This document shows, in pieces, positions 51,494 through 64,000 of a stretch of 64,000 nt of DNA. The stretch spans positions 222,328 through 286,327 of the forward strand of contig NMRA01000550.1 in assembly GCA_002633005.1 (NCBI GenBank). Direction: 5' to 3'. The translations under genes and the position numbers were made by a program. The first letter of the stretch is position 1, and each line of letters opens with the position of its first letter. The notes beneath the pieces were generated by a model. It was not told the origin of the DNA and searched no databases. It saw nothing but the letters and a program-made list of their open reading frames with translations. The stretch comes from Phoronis australis. Lineage: Eukaryota > Animalia > Phoronida.

Positions 51494-54400
51494 TTCAGTA
51501 TTTATTTGAAGTTGTTTTGAGTAAATTGAGTCCAGAAATTTGGCCTCAGTTCTTGCACTCCGGATGTGCCGTTCTGATACCGGCTGTTTCAGGGCACATC
51601 AGTCGTTGTCAGTGTTGATCAGTCTTGAATTCTTGGCGCGAATCCGGGTACCATTCAAACAAAAATCCACCTCGTAATGTCGTATTTTAACCTGAATTTC
51701 TGTAATCTAGAGTGAAAGGGACGAGATTCGGATTATCGGCTCTAGTTGCCGCCGTAGGGCCTACTGGGCAGTCGTCGGTGACAGCCGGACTTTAGCGGGG
51801 AAAATGGCTAAAATCTCAATTTTTCCCTTTTGACGTAGCAAAGTAAAAAGGCATGGTTTTGTTGAATTGTTTCATCTGTGAGAAACCTCAGAGAAAGTAC
51901 TTTCTGTCAGTTATGCCTTTTTCCAGGTGCCTTGAGACAGCGTGCAAGCACGGGCCTTCATTGACCCAGACCAGAGGTAACTGACGTCAAAACCCGCCAC
52001 TCGAACTGAGGTCAGGAAAGTGGCGCCTCTTCTGGGAATTCCACTTGGAAATATCGCATTTTGAATCTATTGCCTATGATCTATGATTACACCATCATTG
52101 AGCAATGGTGAAACACAGTAAATGTTCAAGAATTTTCAAGCTTTTACATATGTTTGCTGTTCAGAATATTTAGATATGTGATTTCCTCACTGAAATGATG
52201 ATTAAAAATAGAAACACACATGTATTTATTTAGTGTTTTCGGCGATTCGTCAATGAAGAATCAAATGATAAATTTGCAAGTCTATTCAACAAAATAGAAG
52301 TCATTACCTAGAATATCATTCTATGGCAGTGCCTGACCCTCAAAGCATATGCTCAGTTATATGAAATAGTCAATGAGAATGAACAGTCTGATGTTTATTT
52401 AGGTTTTTATATTTTTAGAAAAATCACAAAAATATGTTCTGATGTGTAGGTTTTGGACCCTAGTGATTTTGCCACAAGACCACAGGGGGTTTTGGTGATT
52501 TTTTTCGTACATTTGGTTATGCACTGAATCATTTTTTCTTGTTTCTACATGGTTACCGTTGCAACTGTTTTAATAGACCGCCCTATCACTTGCAAGATGT
52601 GCAGGTCATTGTTTTTTATTTCTTCTGTGAAATGAGGTGTAGTTTATTCTAGTTTTGATCACTGATTGCGTGAAACGTTGTGAGGGGCTTACTATTGCCA
52701 GGTTAGTTTCTATTTTACGATGTATAGTTTAGTCTTATACTGAGGTACATGTTGGTTTAACCGTAACGCTGGTTTGCTCTGAGTTATTGTAGCACAACCT
52801 ACCGTAAAATGGCGCCATTCAAGATCATTTTCTGCAATACCACGCACGTAAACTCACACGTCAAGAAATTGTGGAAAACACGTCAATTCGTTACGTGGAG
52901 CAAAATGTGCTGCGTTTGAAAGTATTAGAGTCCCTTTTAATTGCTTTTGAGAAGCCTGTTTTGAATGAGCAGCAAACAGGGTCGCGCCGCACGTTACACT
53001 TGTTTGCGTGGTTTTCCTGTTACCCCCTTCATTAGTCATTCTTTGCAGTATTTCACACCTGCCGTGTCTCACTGTGTGTGTCGTCAGCTTATACTCTGTG
53101 GTGGCATTACTGCGTCATCTTATCTTCACTTGAGAATGAAATAAGTATGTTTCGAAATATCGTGTGTCTTTTAATTATGTCGCTAGGTCAGTTACTGTAT
53201 CTATCTTCAGTTGAGAGTAGAGTTTTGTTCCGAAAGTATGAACGCAACGGAATAAAGACTGTGAACAATGAAAAGTGTCGTGCATTTAACAAAAATGTGA
53301 GAGTGTGCAGCAAATATCTTGGAAATTTCCCAATCAATTTTTTAATGGAGGTTTATCAGTTTGTGATTATTTTTTAAAAAATACGGAATTACAGAGGGTT
53401 CATGAGGTTTAACTCTTCGAGAGAGACCCCACAAAAACTGCCTCAGGGAAATCAAAACGGCACTAATAGTAAACCCTTTGTCCACTGATATCGTAGATCC
53501 GCCCCTCCACCTGTATCACATAGCAAACGAATAATTAAAGAAACTCTTTTCCGTTGTTTGAACATTTGATCTATTCACATGAATTTCCCAACCGAATGAT
53601 AACAAAAACTCATTTCACAGCTTCCAAGCACGAGCACGTGACTGTACTAGCATTTTTCGGCCTTATTCAAAAGTTTGACTTGAGTCGGGCAAAGCATGTA
53701 CGGCACAATATTGTGGCATAATGTTTGCCTGACTAGAGCAAAATACAAAAATTTGCATTTCATGACATTATTTTCCTTAAAAACAATATTGAATTCAAAC
53801 AAGATTTGGAAAATCTTGTTATGGGATTTGTGTAACTGTTTTTGTCACGAGACCAGCAGGGATAGCGAATCAGAAACCCTTTCCTGTGACATATCACAGC
53901 CCTGTTTACAGTGTCTACCAATGAAATCTCATTTATGTTATATATTGACTTCAACGCTAAAGAACATCACGAAATTGTTGCAAAATTAGACAGTACCGAA
54001 CCATAATAGTAAGCTTGTGACTAAACGCGTGATAAGTGAATGCTATACCATAAAAAACTCTCGTCACTTCGACAGCTTCCAAGACAGAGAGTCGAGAGCT
54101 ATTGACTTTGAAGATTTTTTCGAAAACAAAAGGAAAAGAAAAAACATTCTCGCAAGAAAATCGAAGTATTTCTTGTGAAAAGCTCTGAGTAAAGGCTTAA
54201 GTGTTGTCTGAGATGAATTCGTGTAACTCTGTTCAACTTTGCTCATTTCATGCTAACTCATCACCGATTATAGAAAATTCTAGACACATATTTGTAACTA
54301 TGATGAAAAAACTGAATTTTTAAGTTTAATTTCGATGAAAAAATAACACGTCTGCGCAAGTTACGGCTATCAACATGACAATACTATGCATGGTGATGCG

Positions 54401-57400
54401 ACTACATCATTTTTTCATGATTGTCCAATCGTCCAGTATTGCGACACTCAAAATTGGTTGAAAACACGACAATGATTTCTCTTTACAACTGTGATGCATA
54501 ATATCACAAAGCTCTGGTTTATTTGTCGATCCACCAACGAACTACTGGTCAATTAGATACATACGAAAGAAAAATATCAAATGAAGATTTGAGCACCGCT
54601 TGCTATCAATTTCAGGCGATAGCTCAATTCATTTTGATCGCAAAGAATTCAAATCAATTGCTAAATCTTGGCGAGGAAAGTTTTGAAAACCGTTAGTAAT
54701 GTTATGTTTTCACGACGTGACTTCATGCGACTCTTTTGGACTCTTAGCTCCTAACGACGGCAAGATTGATATTTTAATATCAGTCATTTCCTCCATGCCT
54801 TAAAAGGCATGGAGGAAATGACATTTTCTCGAGAGAAAGTCAAAAGTCTATGAGATGATTCCAAACTCGGAACAGGCTTAAGACTACCAGGGCCCGGTCT
54901 CTAATCTTTGTACTCGAAACGAACTCGAAACTATTTTTGGCAATTTCTCTGCTCCTTTTGTGCGAACTTAAGATAATTGGTTATCAGACTGTGCTCGAAT
55001 ACATTATAGTTTATGCATAGGAGTTTCTAGTTCAAGTTTGCCCTTGAAGACCCTTATATTCGTGCTACAAACTCGAGTAAAAACTCGAAATTTCGAGTTC
55101 AAACTCGAACTTATTGCTTTAATATTGGGTTTACAAACTGAGAACTAAGGGCAATAAATTATCTACGTAAGTTGTTGCGTACTCGAGCATAGAATAATAG
55201 ACACTTATCTTGAGTTCGCCCAAAAGTAGAGTAGAAAATGCCAAACCTAGTTTCGAGTTCCATTTCGAGTAAAAAGATTGGAGACCGGGCCCAGGAATTT
55301 CCGCTAACGGCCCCCAAAGTTTTAGGGTTTTTCCAGAATAAACAATGCCCCTGAGTGCCAAAGAATGGGCTTTGAGAAACAGCAACTGGTGGTTGCTGCA
55401 GATATCAAGGAGTCTCTGGTTAAGAAGTCAAGAGAATAATAGATGAGATTTCGAGGACATGAAAAATAGAATCAGTGAATAATATGTAATTCAAGGCAAT
55501 TCTTCGTCCGGGTTGGACCAAATCTGTATATTCAGAATGGCCCTTAAATCGGATTGGCCGAAAATCAGTACGTGCTTAATATTAATGTAAATTACAATGC
55601 TTTTCCGGTAGGTAGGGGTCTAGGACCATGGTTCAGGCCACCTCAAACGAAGAAAAAAGTGCAAGTCGGGCTTGACCCCAATTTTGTTGATTAGATTGGA
55701 AGTGATTGCTTCGAATGGTATTCAATAGTCCCTTGAAGTTGTTTAGAGTGAATTGGATTCAGCGATTTGGCCTCAGCTCTTGTGAGACCAGTTTCAGATT
55801 ATTAAATACTTGTTGAATCTTGAATTCTTGACTCGAATCCAGGTACCATTCAGACAAAAAAATCCTCGTTGGTAATGTCATATTGTAACATGCTTTTCTG
55901 TAATCAAGAGAGAAAGGACATTCGGATTATCGGTTAAAGTCTCTTTTCTTCCAGTGAGTAGTCGTGAATTTGTGATTTTAAAATTGCCTAAAATCTGGTT
56001 GACAAAACCCTGCTTGGTAATGTCACAGTTGAACCTGCATTTCTGTAATCTAGAATGAAAGGGCAATCGGGTTATCGGTTATGATTTAATTTCTTGCAGT
56101 GAGCAGTCGTGAATTTTGAGATTTTAGGTGAAAAAATGGCTAACATCGCCCATTTTTGTCCACAGTTAGCAAAGTAAAAAGACATGGTTTTGTTGAATTT
56201 CCTCATCTTTAGGAAACTCCTTAGAAAGTACTTTCTGTCAGCTATGTCTTTCTTCCAGGAGCCTTGAGAAAGCGTGCAAACAAGGGCTTTTATTGACCCA
56301 GACCAGTGGTAACGTCAAAATTCGCCAATCGAACAGTTGTCCGGAAAGTGGCGCCTCATCTGGGAATTCTATATGAAAATATCGGATTTCGAAGTTATTG
56401 CCTGTGACCTAAGATTGCACCATTGAGCAATGATTAAGTACGTAACTCTTCAAGAATTTCCAGGCTTTTATATGTGATTGCTCTAAAGAATATTTTAGAC
56501 ATTCATTGTGATTTTCTTTTTGAAGTGATGATTTACAATGGAAACATAATTATATATATTTATTTAGTGTTTTGGGCGCTTCGTCAATGATGAATCAAAT
56601 GATAATTTGCAAGTCTGGCTACTGAACAAACATACAAGTCATTACCTAGAATATAATTTTCTCCCAGTGCCCGACCCTCAAAACATGTTCAATTATATGA
56701 AATAGTCCGTGAGAATGAAGTTTCTGATACTTATTTATGTTTTTATATTTTTAGAAAATTCACAAAAAGATGTTCTGATGTGTAGGATTTGAAACCTCAT
56801 TGTATCCGGATATGGCTGGGACTCTGGTATAGTGGTTGTGCCACAAGACCATGGGAGTGATGGTGATTTTGTTCTTGTTTGTACGTAGTTACCGTTGCAA
56901 TTGTTTCGAAGGACCACGCAGTCACTTGCAAGATTTGCGGATCATTGTTTTTTATTTCTTTTGTGAACTGAGGTGTAGTTTATTTTAGTTTTGATCACTG
57001 ATTGCGCGAAACGTTGTGAGGGGCTAACTATTCCCAGGTTAGTTTCTATTTTACGATGTATAGTTTAGTCTTATACTGAGGTACATGTTGGTTTAACCGT
57101 AACGCTGGTTTGCTCTGAGTTATTGTAGCACAACTTACCGTAGAATAGGGTAATTATATTTTCTAATTGCATTAGTCAGAGTGATTTTTGTGAAAGACTT
57201 AGGTTGTGTACTTTTAATGGATTGACCCATGCGTAATGTTGGTAGTCTTTCAATGTGGATTTGATGATAATTTTGCAGAAGTTAGCTAACCTCACGGTAT
57301 AGTGTTTTATTGTTACAGAATAGTACTCACTAGGATCAGAGAAAGTCGTTGAGTCACATTCAGTCCAGTTGAATAGTATGTGATTTAGTTTGTTGTAATT

Positions 57401-60400
57401 GAAACTGTAATTTTGTGCACATTGTGAATGGATGAAGTGTACTATGACGCTTTAAGTTACGAGGTGAATTTCTATACAGTTGTATATTGAAATGGCATTC
57501 AGTATGATTAGTTTGTCATTTGTCGTGGTTATGTATGGTTTGTTTAGGACTGATAATAAGTTTTATGATTTCGTTTTATAGGTGCAATGAACAACAATAA
57601 ACCACGAAACAGTCTGCACTTCGTTTATTTGACAACGAGCCCCGCTACGCCAGGAATGCATTGAGGGAACACTTTCCGACCAGTGTAACACAGCTTTGTT
57701 GGTTCACGAATATGTCTTGCGGGCCGTAGAAGGCGCAAAGTTATAGTGCGTAATACGGGTAGTCGTCCGCATTAGCTCAGTGAAATTCCTTGTCAGTAGA
57801 ATTTCTTGGATGGATTTGATTGGAAGGATGTATAGAAATTTGATTGGACGGATGTATGGAATGATTTGATTGGGTGGAAATGTGTTTTTCTTTTATCGTA
57901 TTTCACTAATTTGTTATATAAGATAACAAACGTATGATATATGTTTCTTTCCCTCTCTCTCTCTCTTTCTGGGTTGTTAAATTCTAAAAAGCTCCTCACG
58001 AAAGCTGGAGGAGTGAGCAAAAAATAAGTTGGGAAATTCACATTCAATTTTTAAGGGAGGTTGACCTGTTTATGATTCCTTTTCCAGTGAGGCGGAGTTA
58101 CAGGGGGTTCATGAGGTTTAACTTTCCGAGGGAGACCCCTTAAAATGGCACAGGGACATCAAAACGGCACTAATGATAAACCCTTTTGGCCGCTGATATC
58201 GTAGATCCGCTCCTGCACCTGTATCACATAGGACACGAATAATTAAAGAAACTCTTTTCCGTTGTTTGAACATTTGATCTATTCACATGAATTTCCCAAC
58301 CGAATAATAACAAAAACTCATTTCACAGCTTCCAACCACGAGCACGTGACTGTACTAGCATTTTTCGGTCATATTCAAAAGTTTGACTTGAGCCAGGAAC
58401 AGCATGTAAGGCACAATATTGTGGCATAATTTTTGTCTGACTATCACAAAATTCAACATTTTTTGTTGAAATTATTTTACTTAAAAGTAATGTCGAATTG
58501 AAAGATTTGGAAAATCTTATGATTGCATTTGTGTTGCAATTTACGCCACTAGACTGACAGGGATAGAGAATCAGAACCACTTCCCTGTCACCTATCACAG
58601 CCCTGTTCAAGAACTTACTTTAAACACTTGATGGAACTGTGCTATCTTCAGTTGGTCTCCTACTGTCCTTAATGGTTTCGTCCCTAAACCAAGACCATCT
58701 CATTGCCAATATTAGATACAGACTTCAACGCCACAAACACCACGCCTTGAACACCACGAAATCGTTGCAAAATTGGATGGTACCGAAGCAAAATACTAAG
58801 CTTGCGACTAAACGCGTCAGTGATAAGCTGTCGTCACTATACTACGGCTTTCAATCCAGGAAAGTCCAGGTCCAATGATTTAGCAGATTTTTGCGAAAGA
58901 AATGAAAATGCAAACACGTTCTCGCTGGAAAATTGAAGTATTTCTTTTGAAAAGCTCTGAACAAATTTTAACGTTTTGTCTGAGGTAAGTTAGCGTTATT
59001 CTGTTCAACTTTGCACATTTCATGCTTAATTATCACCGATTATAGAAAATTCTAGACACTTATTTGTAACTTTGATGAATAAACAGAGTTTGTAAGATTA
59101 ATTTCGAAAGAAGAACACGTCTGCGCAAATTACGGCATTCTCCATGACAATAGTTTGCATGGTAATGTGACTACCGTATATCATTTTTGTGTTTCAAAAA
59201 TGTTTCATGGCTTAAAACTTATAATTGTCTAAAGTAATTGAGGAAATTGACCCTTACTTACCATAGTAGTCAGCTATAGTAACATCATAATAGAAAATGG
59301 TTAATAGCTCTGAGCAAGTAAACAAGTATCGAGAAGATACAATATTTTAATGATTGTCCAACCGTCCAGTATTGCGCCACTCAAAAATAGTTGGACACGA
59401 CAATGTTGTCTGCTTGCAACTTTTATGCACACTCCCTCAAACACCCGGTTTATATTTCGATCCCTCAAAACAATACTGATGGATTTGAAATACGAAAGAA
59501 AAATGTCAAATGAAGATTTGATCACCGCTTGCTATCAGTCTCCGGTGATAGCTCTATTCGTTTTGATCGGGAAGATTTCAAACCACTTCGTACACCTTGG
59601 CGAAGAAAGTTTTGAAAACAGTTTGTTATGGTTAAAACAATTGATTCTCATGCATAGAGGAAATGTAACTTTCGCGAAAAATACTCAGTCAATGAGGTGA
59701 TTCCAAACTCGGAACAGGCTTAAGACTATCAGGAATTCCCGTAAACGGCCCCCAAAGTTTTAGGGTTTTCCTGAATGAAAGTGTCACTCAATGCTAAAGA
59801 AAGAGTTTTGAGAAAAAAGGGCACACCAACTTACGGTTACTGGAGATTTCTAGGAGTCTCTGGTTAAGACGTCATGAGAATAATAGATGAGATTCAGTTT
59901 CCAGAACAAGAAAAATGGTATCAGTACTGTATTATATGAATTCAAGGCAATACTTCGTCTGGGTTGCACCATAGATTAAAGTACATCAAATGTGCACTTT
60001 CAGAATGACCCTTAAATCGAATATTACGCACCAAACGCGACCAACAATCTTGGCCGAGAATCAGTATTCACTAGCGGAGCCTAGTGTAACGGTTACGGTG
60101 CTTCTTCCGGGAAATAGGGGACCAACCACGGTTCAGCCCCCCCCCCCCAATGAAGAAAATGGGGAGGGTCGGGTTTGACGGCAGTTTTCACGGTGATTGC
60201 AACGAATGATGTTCAGTACTTCCTTGAAGTTGTGAATTGAGTTCAGAAATTTGGCCTCACTGGTCTTCTGCCGCCAGTTTCAAAACACAAGTACTTGTTG
60301 AGTCTCGAATTTTTGGCGCGAATCCAGGTAGGCCTACCATTCAGAGAAGTGGAAATATTCAAAACTCTGGTTGTTAATGTCTTATTTTACTAACGTCAAT

Positions 60401-60490
60401 TTCTGTAATCTAAAGCGAAAGAGCGGGTAATGGTCTCCTTTTTTTCACCGGGCAATCGTGAATTTATGATTCTAGGTGAAAATGGCTTAG
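51494..60490. repeat. Diverged tandem duplication, unit ~4.2-4.7 kb, about 2.1 copies
   Basis: 51494-52806 matches 55721-57142 and (partly) 60212-60490; 53386-55720 matches 58096-60211. Confidence 0.9.
54891..55291. mobile_element. PIF/Harbinger-like MITE (401 bp) with CAG TSD
   Basis: ~40-bp TIR GGCCCGGTCTCTAATCTTT.. / ..AAAGATTGGAGACCGGGCC, CAG duplicated, empty site in the paralogous copy at 59730. A diverged relative lies near 8780-9046. Confidence 0.9.
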
Positions 60491-60974
60491 TTCATGTGAC
60501 ATTACTCACAGTAAAAGAAATAAATGGATAAGCAATTTAAAATATCACAAAATTTACAAATCACGGGCACAATTTACACAATTGTACCAGGATTCACGGA
60601 CCATAACATAGAAAAGAAATGAGGAATAGTAAAATAATTTACAAAATATTTTAAAAAGTATGAAAGTATGGTGTAATATATAAAACACCACTACACGAGT
60701 GGTCTTGACAAATTTATCTGCACAGAGCACATTTGCATCTGTCCCCATCCCGCCAAGCTTTTACTGGCTTTCTGCGAATCTCCATACCCCATATCGTGCT
60801 ACTGTTGTACTCGCTAGTGCAAAATATAACCCTGCTATAACGTGGCCACAAAGGCTTTTTGAAATCCTGTCCGTCTCGATGTGAAGCTGTTTTTGCCTCC
60901 ATGGAGCACCAAGAAAGGAGTGACCCCCCGGGCAGATGTTTAATTTCAAAAGACTGTCGTTCAGATGAAAATAT

Positions 60975-61094
60975 AAAACTACGCCATCTGTCGACTACGC
61001 TAAACACTAAGCGGTAAATAAAAGCCGTGTGTTCCTCGTGAGCTGTCTGGTTTGTGTCGATCCTGAGTCGAGGGTACACAAGTCGAGTTCTTAG
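60975..61094 (+). other. Possible non-coding first exon of a divergent + strand gene
   Basis: CpG-enriched region, CGCCAT motif and consensus donor TAG|GTAAGT at 61094/61095; no coding evidence. Confidence 0.35.
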
Positions 61095-64000
61095 GTAAGT
61101 AAACCTGTAGGGGTATCAGCCAATGTACCGTATGTTCTGGAATCTTGTTTGTGTTATGTTTTGTAAGTCATTCTTACTGAGAGCCTTCTTCTGGTTAGAT
61201 GATGTAACAGGTCCGACTTCCGTTTCGACCAGGTTTTCTGTGTCGCCGATTATTCAGTTATTTCCAGCCATATTACGCGTTTCAGTAAAGCAGTATCAGT
61301 GATAAAGCAGTGGATTTGTAATGATTAATTAATTTTGTTAGGTTTTGTTTATTACTACAGTTTTCGGCTTTGGCTGCTTCGCTATATACAGTTCTTTACA
61401 TAATCCATTCATTGACATGACATGATCCAATAACGACGAATAACGTTGTCGTTAGGGAGGGACTTAGGCTCACCAGCCGCTAGGAACCAATATTTCTACC
61501 TTCAAGTGACCTGCCTTTCATAGGCAACTCGATGCCTGGTTGTTGTGCATTATACAAATTATTCATGGCGGAATTGCTTGTTCTTAGTCAATTAGAGACC
61601 TATTCTTAATTGCCAAACTTGGCGAAAGGTATCACTTAATGTTACCAAACTCATAACAGCATGCGTGCACCCAGCCTAAAATATAAGGGGGCTCGAATTT
61701 TTCGGTATGCGGACATTTTACTGAAAAAAAAATCAACGTGGACTAAAAAAAAAGACGGGGCCACTAGGTCTACGGATTGTGGGCTTAGTGGACTTTTGTC
61801 TCCTTTACTCGGGTATACACTGTACCCTTTTTAGCCACCCGGAATAATTTTGTTCTTAATTGCCCGCTTCAGCTGGAACATGATTGTTTCTGTTGGAGTC
61901 TGAACATTTTTACGGCGGCGATGGTCCAGGGAGCGAAAAGTTGCCGGGGAAGGGGGGAGCTGTATGAAGTGAAGAATAAAAAGTTCGCTAACCACAATTT
62001 CACATCTAGTACCCGTTTAGTTGCAATAGCTGGCTACGGGCATAGAATATAGGGTTTAGAGAACATCGACCTCGAGAAACATCGGAACTGGAAAATATCA
62101 GTTCTGGGTTACATCCGTCCAGGGGAATATCGTAAAGCATCAGGTCTTTTATAACCGCCGGAAATCTATGAGTTGATTTTCAAATATACCATTGGCACCC
62201 GGGTGCTTAACAGAGCCAAGCCGGTATACTCTTTCATTTAGGACTGCCGCTGTTCTCCTTTGATGTGCAGCTTTGAAACGGTGCGCACGCGTGAGTTAAC
62301 GCACTTGAATTGCTGGAATAGGCCTACACTTTACGTTGGCAACTACGTGTGAAAGACAAATCATATTTCGCGCAAGTAGGCCCAGAAACAAGTAATGGGC
62401 GTTTGAGAATTTCTTGGCAACTGAAAGTAAAGATGTGATCGTCGTTTGGGTATTAATAGGTTGTCATTTTCACTTTGGCGTCTTATGGGATAAAAACGAG
62501 GCGCACATATCTAATATAAGTCACGATTGTCTTGCCGGGACCGCTTGCACGCTAAAAACGGTACCGACCAGTGCCGCAGTGCGATGAGGGATATTGTCGT
62601 GGATATTTGGCAAATGTAATAAGGACATCTTAAGCGAAAAACAAACATATTTGTCCACCACATAGTTTGATAAGTTGATCGCTTAAGAATTAATAGAAAC
62701 ACTGCTGTTTTGTGAGGTTTTATCACGTGTTATGTGGCCCAAAACTTTCTTCGGCAAATCCGGAAATTTGCAAAAGTGGCCGAAAATGTTAGCCAATGAA
62801 ACGCGTCAAAGATCGATTCTGCATATACCACTTGCTTACAAGTCATCGGGAGGGCTGTTCTCAGTTAGTGGTCTTTTGAACTTCAGTTGGATTTGGCAAC
62901 AACCAAGTAATGGTCGGATTAACAATAGTTGCTTTATATTTGCCAGGTGTCTCTAGTAGTCCCGAGAAGTGTAAAAACTCAGCTCGCATTCGTTGGAAAT
63001 TCAAGGTCGCATTTTGCGACTTGATACGAGCTGACAAAAATCTCAGCTCGCATTTCCAAATTTCAGGTCGCAAATGCGACCTGCAGCTCGTTATGTCGAG
63101 CCCTGGATAACTTTTTCACAGCAGCTTGACTCTTCAAAACTATGCTATGTCCAATAAAGTTCTCTCGGGTAGATGAGTGAGTTTCCTTATTTTATAGCAG
63201 ACCCCACTCCAAGGACTAAAGTTACTGAATGAACGTGAATGAAGTATTCAGTAAATTTATAACATTACATTGGAATAAGTATTGACTCCTAGAATGAATT
63301 TTATTTGTTGAGATCAAGAACTTATTTTAGGTGTTATGAAAAATAAACATTCTGAAATCACTTTCAGCTTGTTTAAATATTTTAATTCAGATCTTAAATA
63401 AGGCTTGGGTACAAAGATTATTAGTTTCTACGTATAAATATGAAGATGAAATGTCAAGTATGTTCTGCTTTAATTACAAAAGTAGTTTTATCTTGTGTTT
63501 TCTTTTATAATTTTCTAATATTTCTCTGTTACAGGCGAGAGTATAAGACTGAAACCAGCTGCCTTACCATCTATTTACCTTTCAACAAAGTGAAAAGCAG
63601 TCCTTCAGCAATAACCTGAGAAAATTGAAACTCTCAATTCAGAAAGTCTGAACTTGATATCCTCATTATGGACTCTGTTGCATTGGGAAAATTATAATTG
63701 TTTTTAACAATGTTGTTTCTTTGTATGTTTGTGGTTGTTCAGTTTGCCATTTTGTTTTTAAATACACTGATTATTGTTTATTCTCGAATCTTGTGCACAG
63801 CAGATTCTTATCTAGATAGCTAGGATTGAAATCATACTTTGCTTGTAATCTGTGAAACTTTCATTATAGACAAGTTAACACAATTGTTCAAAGGCCTTCT
63901 TAAGAAAGCTTTAAAATTGTTATGCCATGTCGTGAACACATCCACTAAAACAAGAAACTGTAGGAACACCACATTTATCCACCTTCACTCTTATCAGGCT

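Noticed and set aside
51494-60490. Tandem unit as an rRNA, snRNA, tRNA or histone cluster
   Set aside because: No such gene sequence was recognisable by eye. A covariance-model search would be needed to exclude divergent ncRNAs.
61860-61966. 'SEHF...GAV' peptide as a THAP core
   Set aside because: It lacks the preceding Cys and other ligands and is too short to support.

Overview
Eukaryotic (invertebrate animal-like, AT-rich, intron-rich) genomic DNA. Most of the window is one minus-strand laminin beta-chain gene (LAMB1/LanB1-like). I could splice it by hand as 29 coding exons with GT-AG boundaries and consistent phases, from the ATG at 48094 to 1227 (4971 nt, 1657 codons). Domain order is signal peptide, LN, LE repeats, LF/domain IV, LE repeats, then coiled coil with the beta-knob; the 3' end lies beyond the left edge. 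A probable non-coding first exon is near 51.1 kb. The introns contain a solo LTR with a 5-bp TSD, several MITE families, a Helentron/HINE-like element spanning an N gap, many minisatellites, and a Penelope-like inverted repeat with a minimal hammerhead ribozyme motif. The most unusual pattern is that four tandem arrays are built from the gene's own splice junctions. One has eight in-frame acceptor copies at 36-nt spacing in the coiled-coil region. Upstream of the gene (51.5-60.5 kb) is a ~4.2-4.7 kb diverged tandem duplication. A possible divergent + strand transcript starts near 61 kb. All of this was read by eye; no searches were run.
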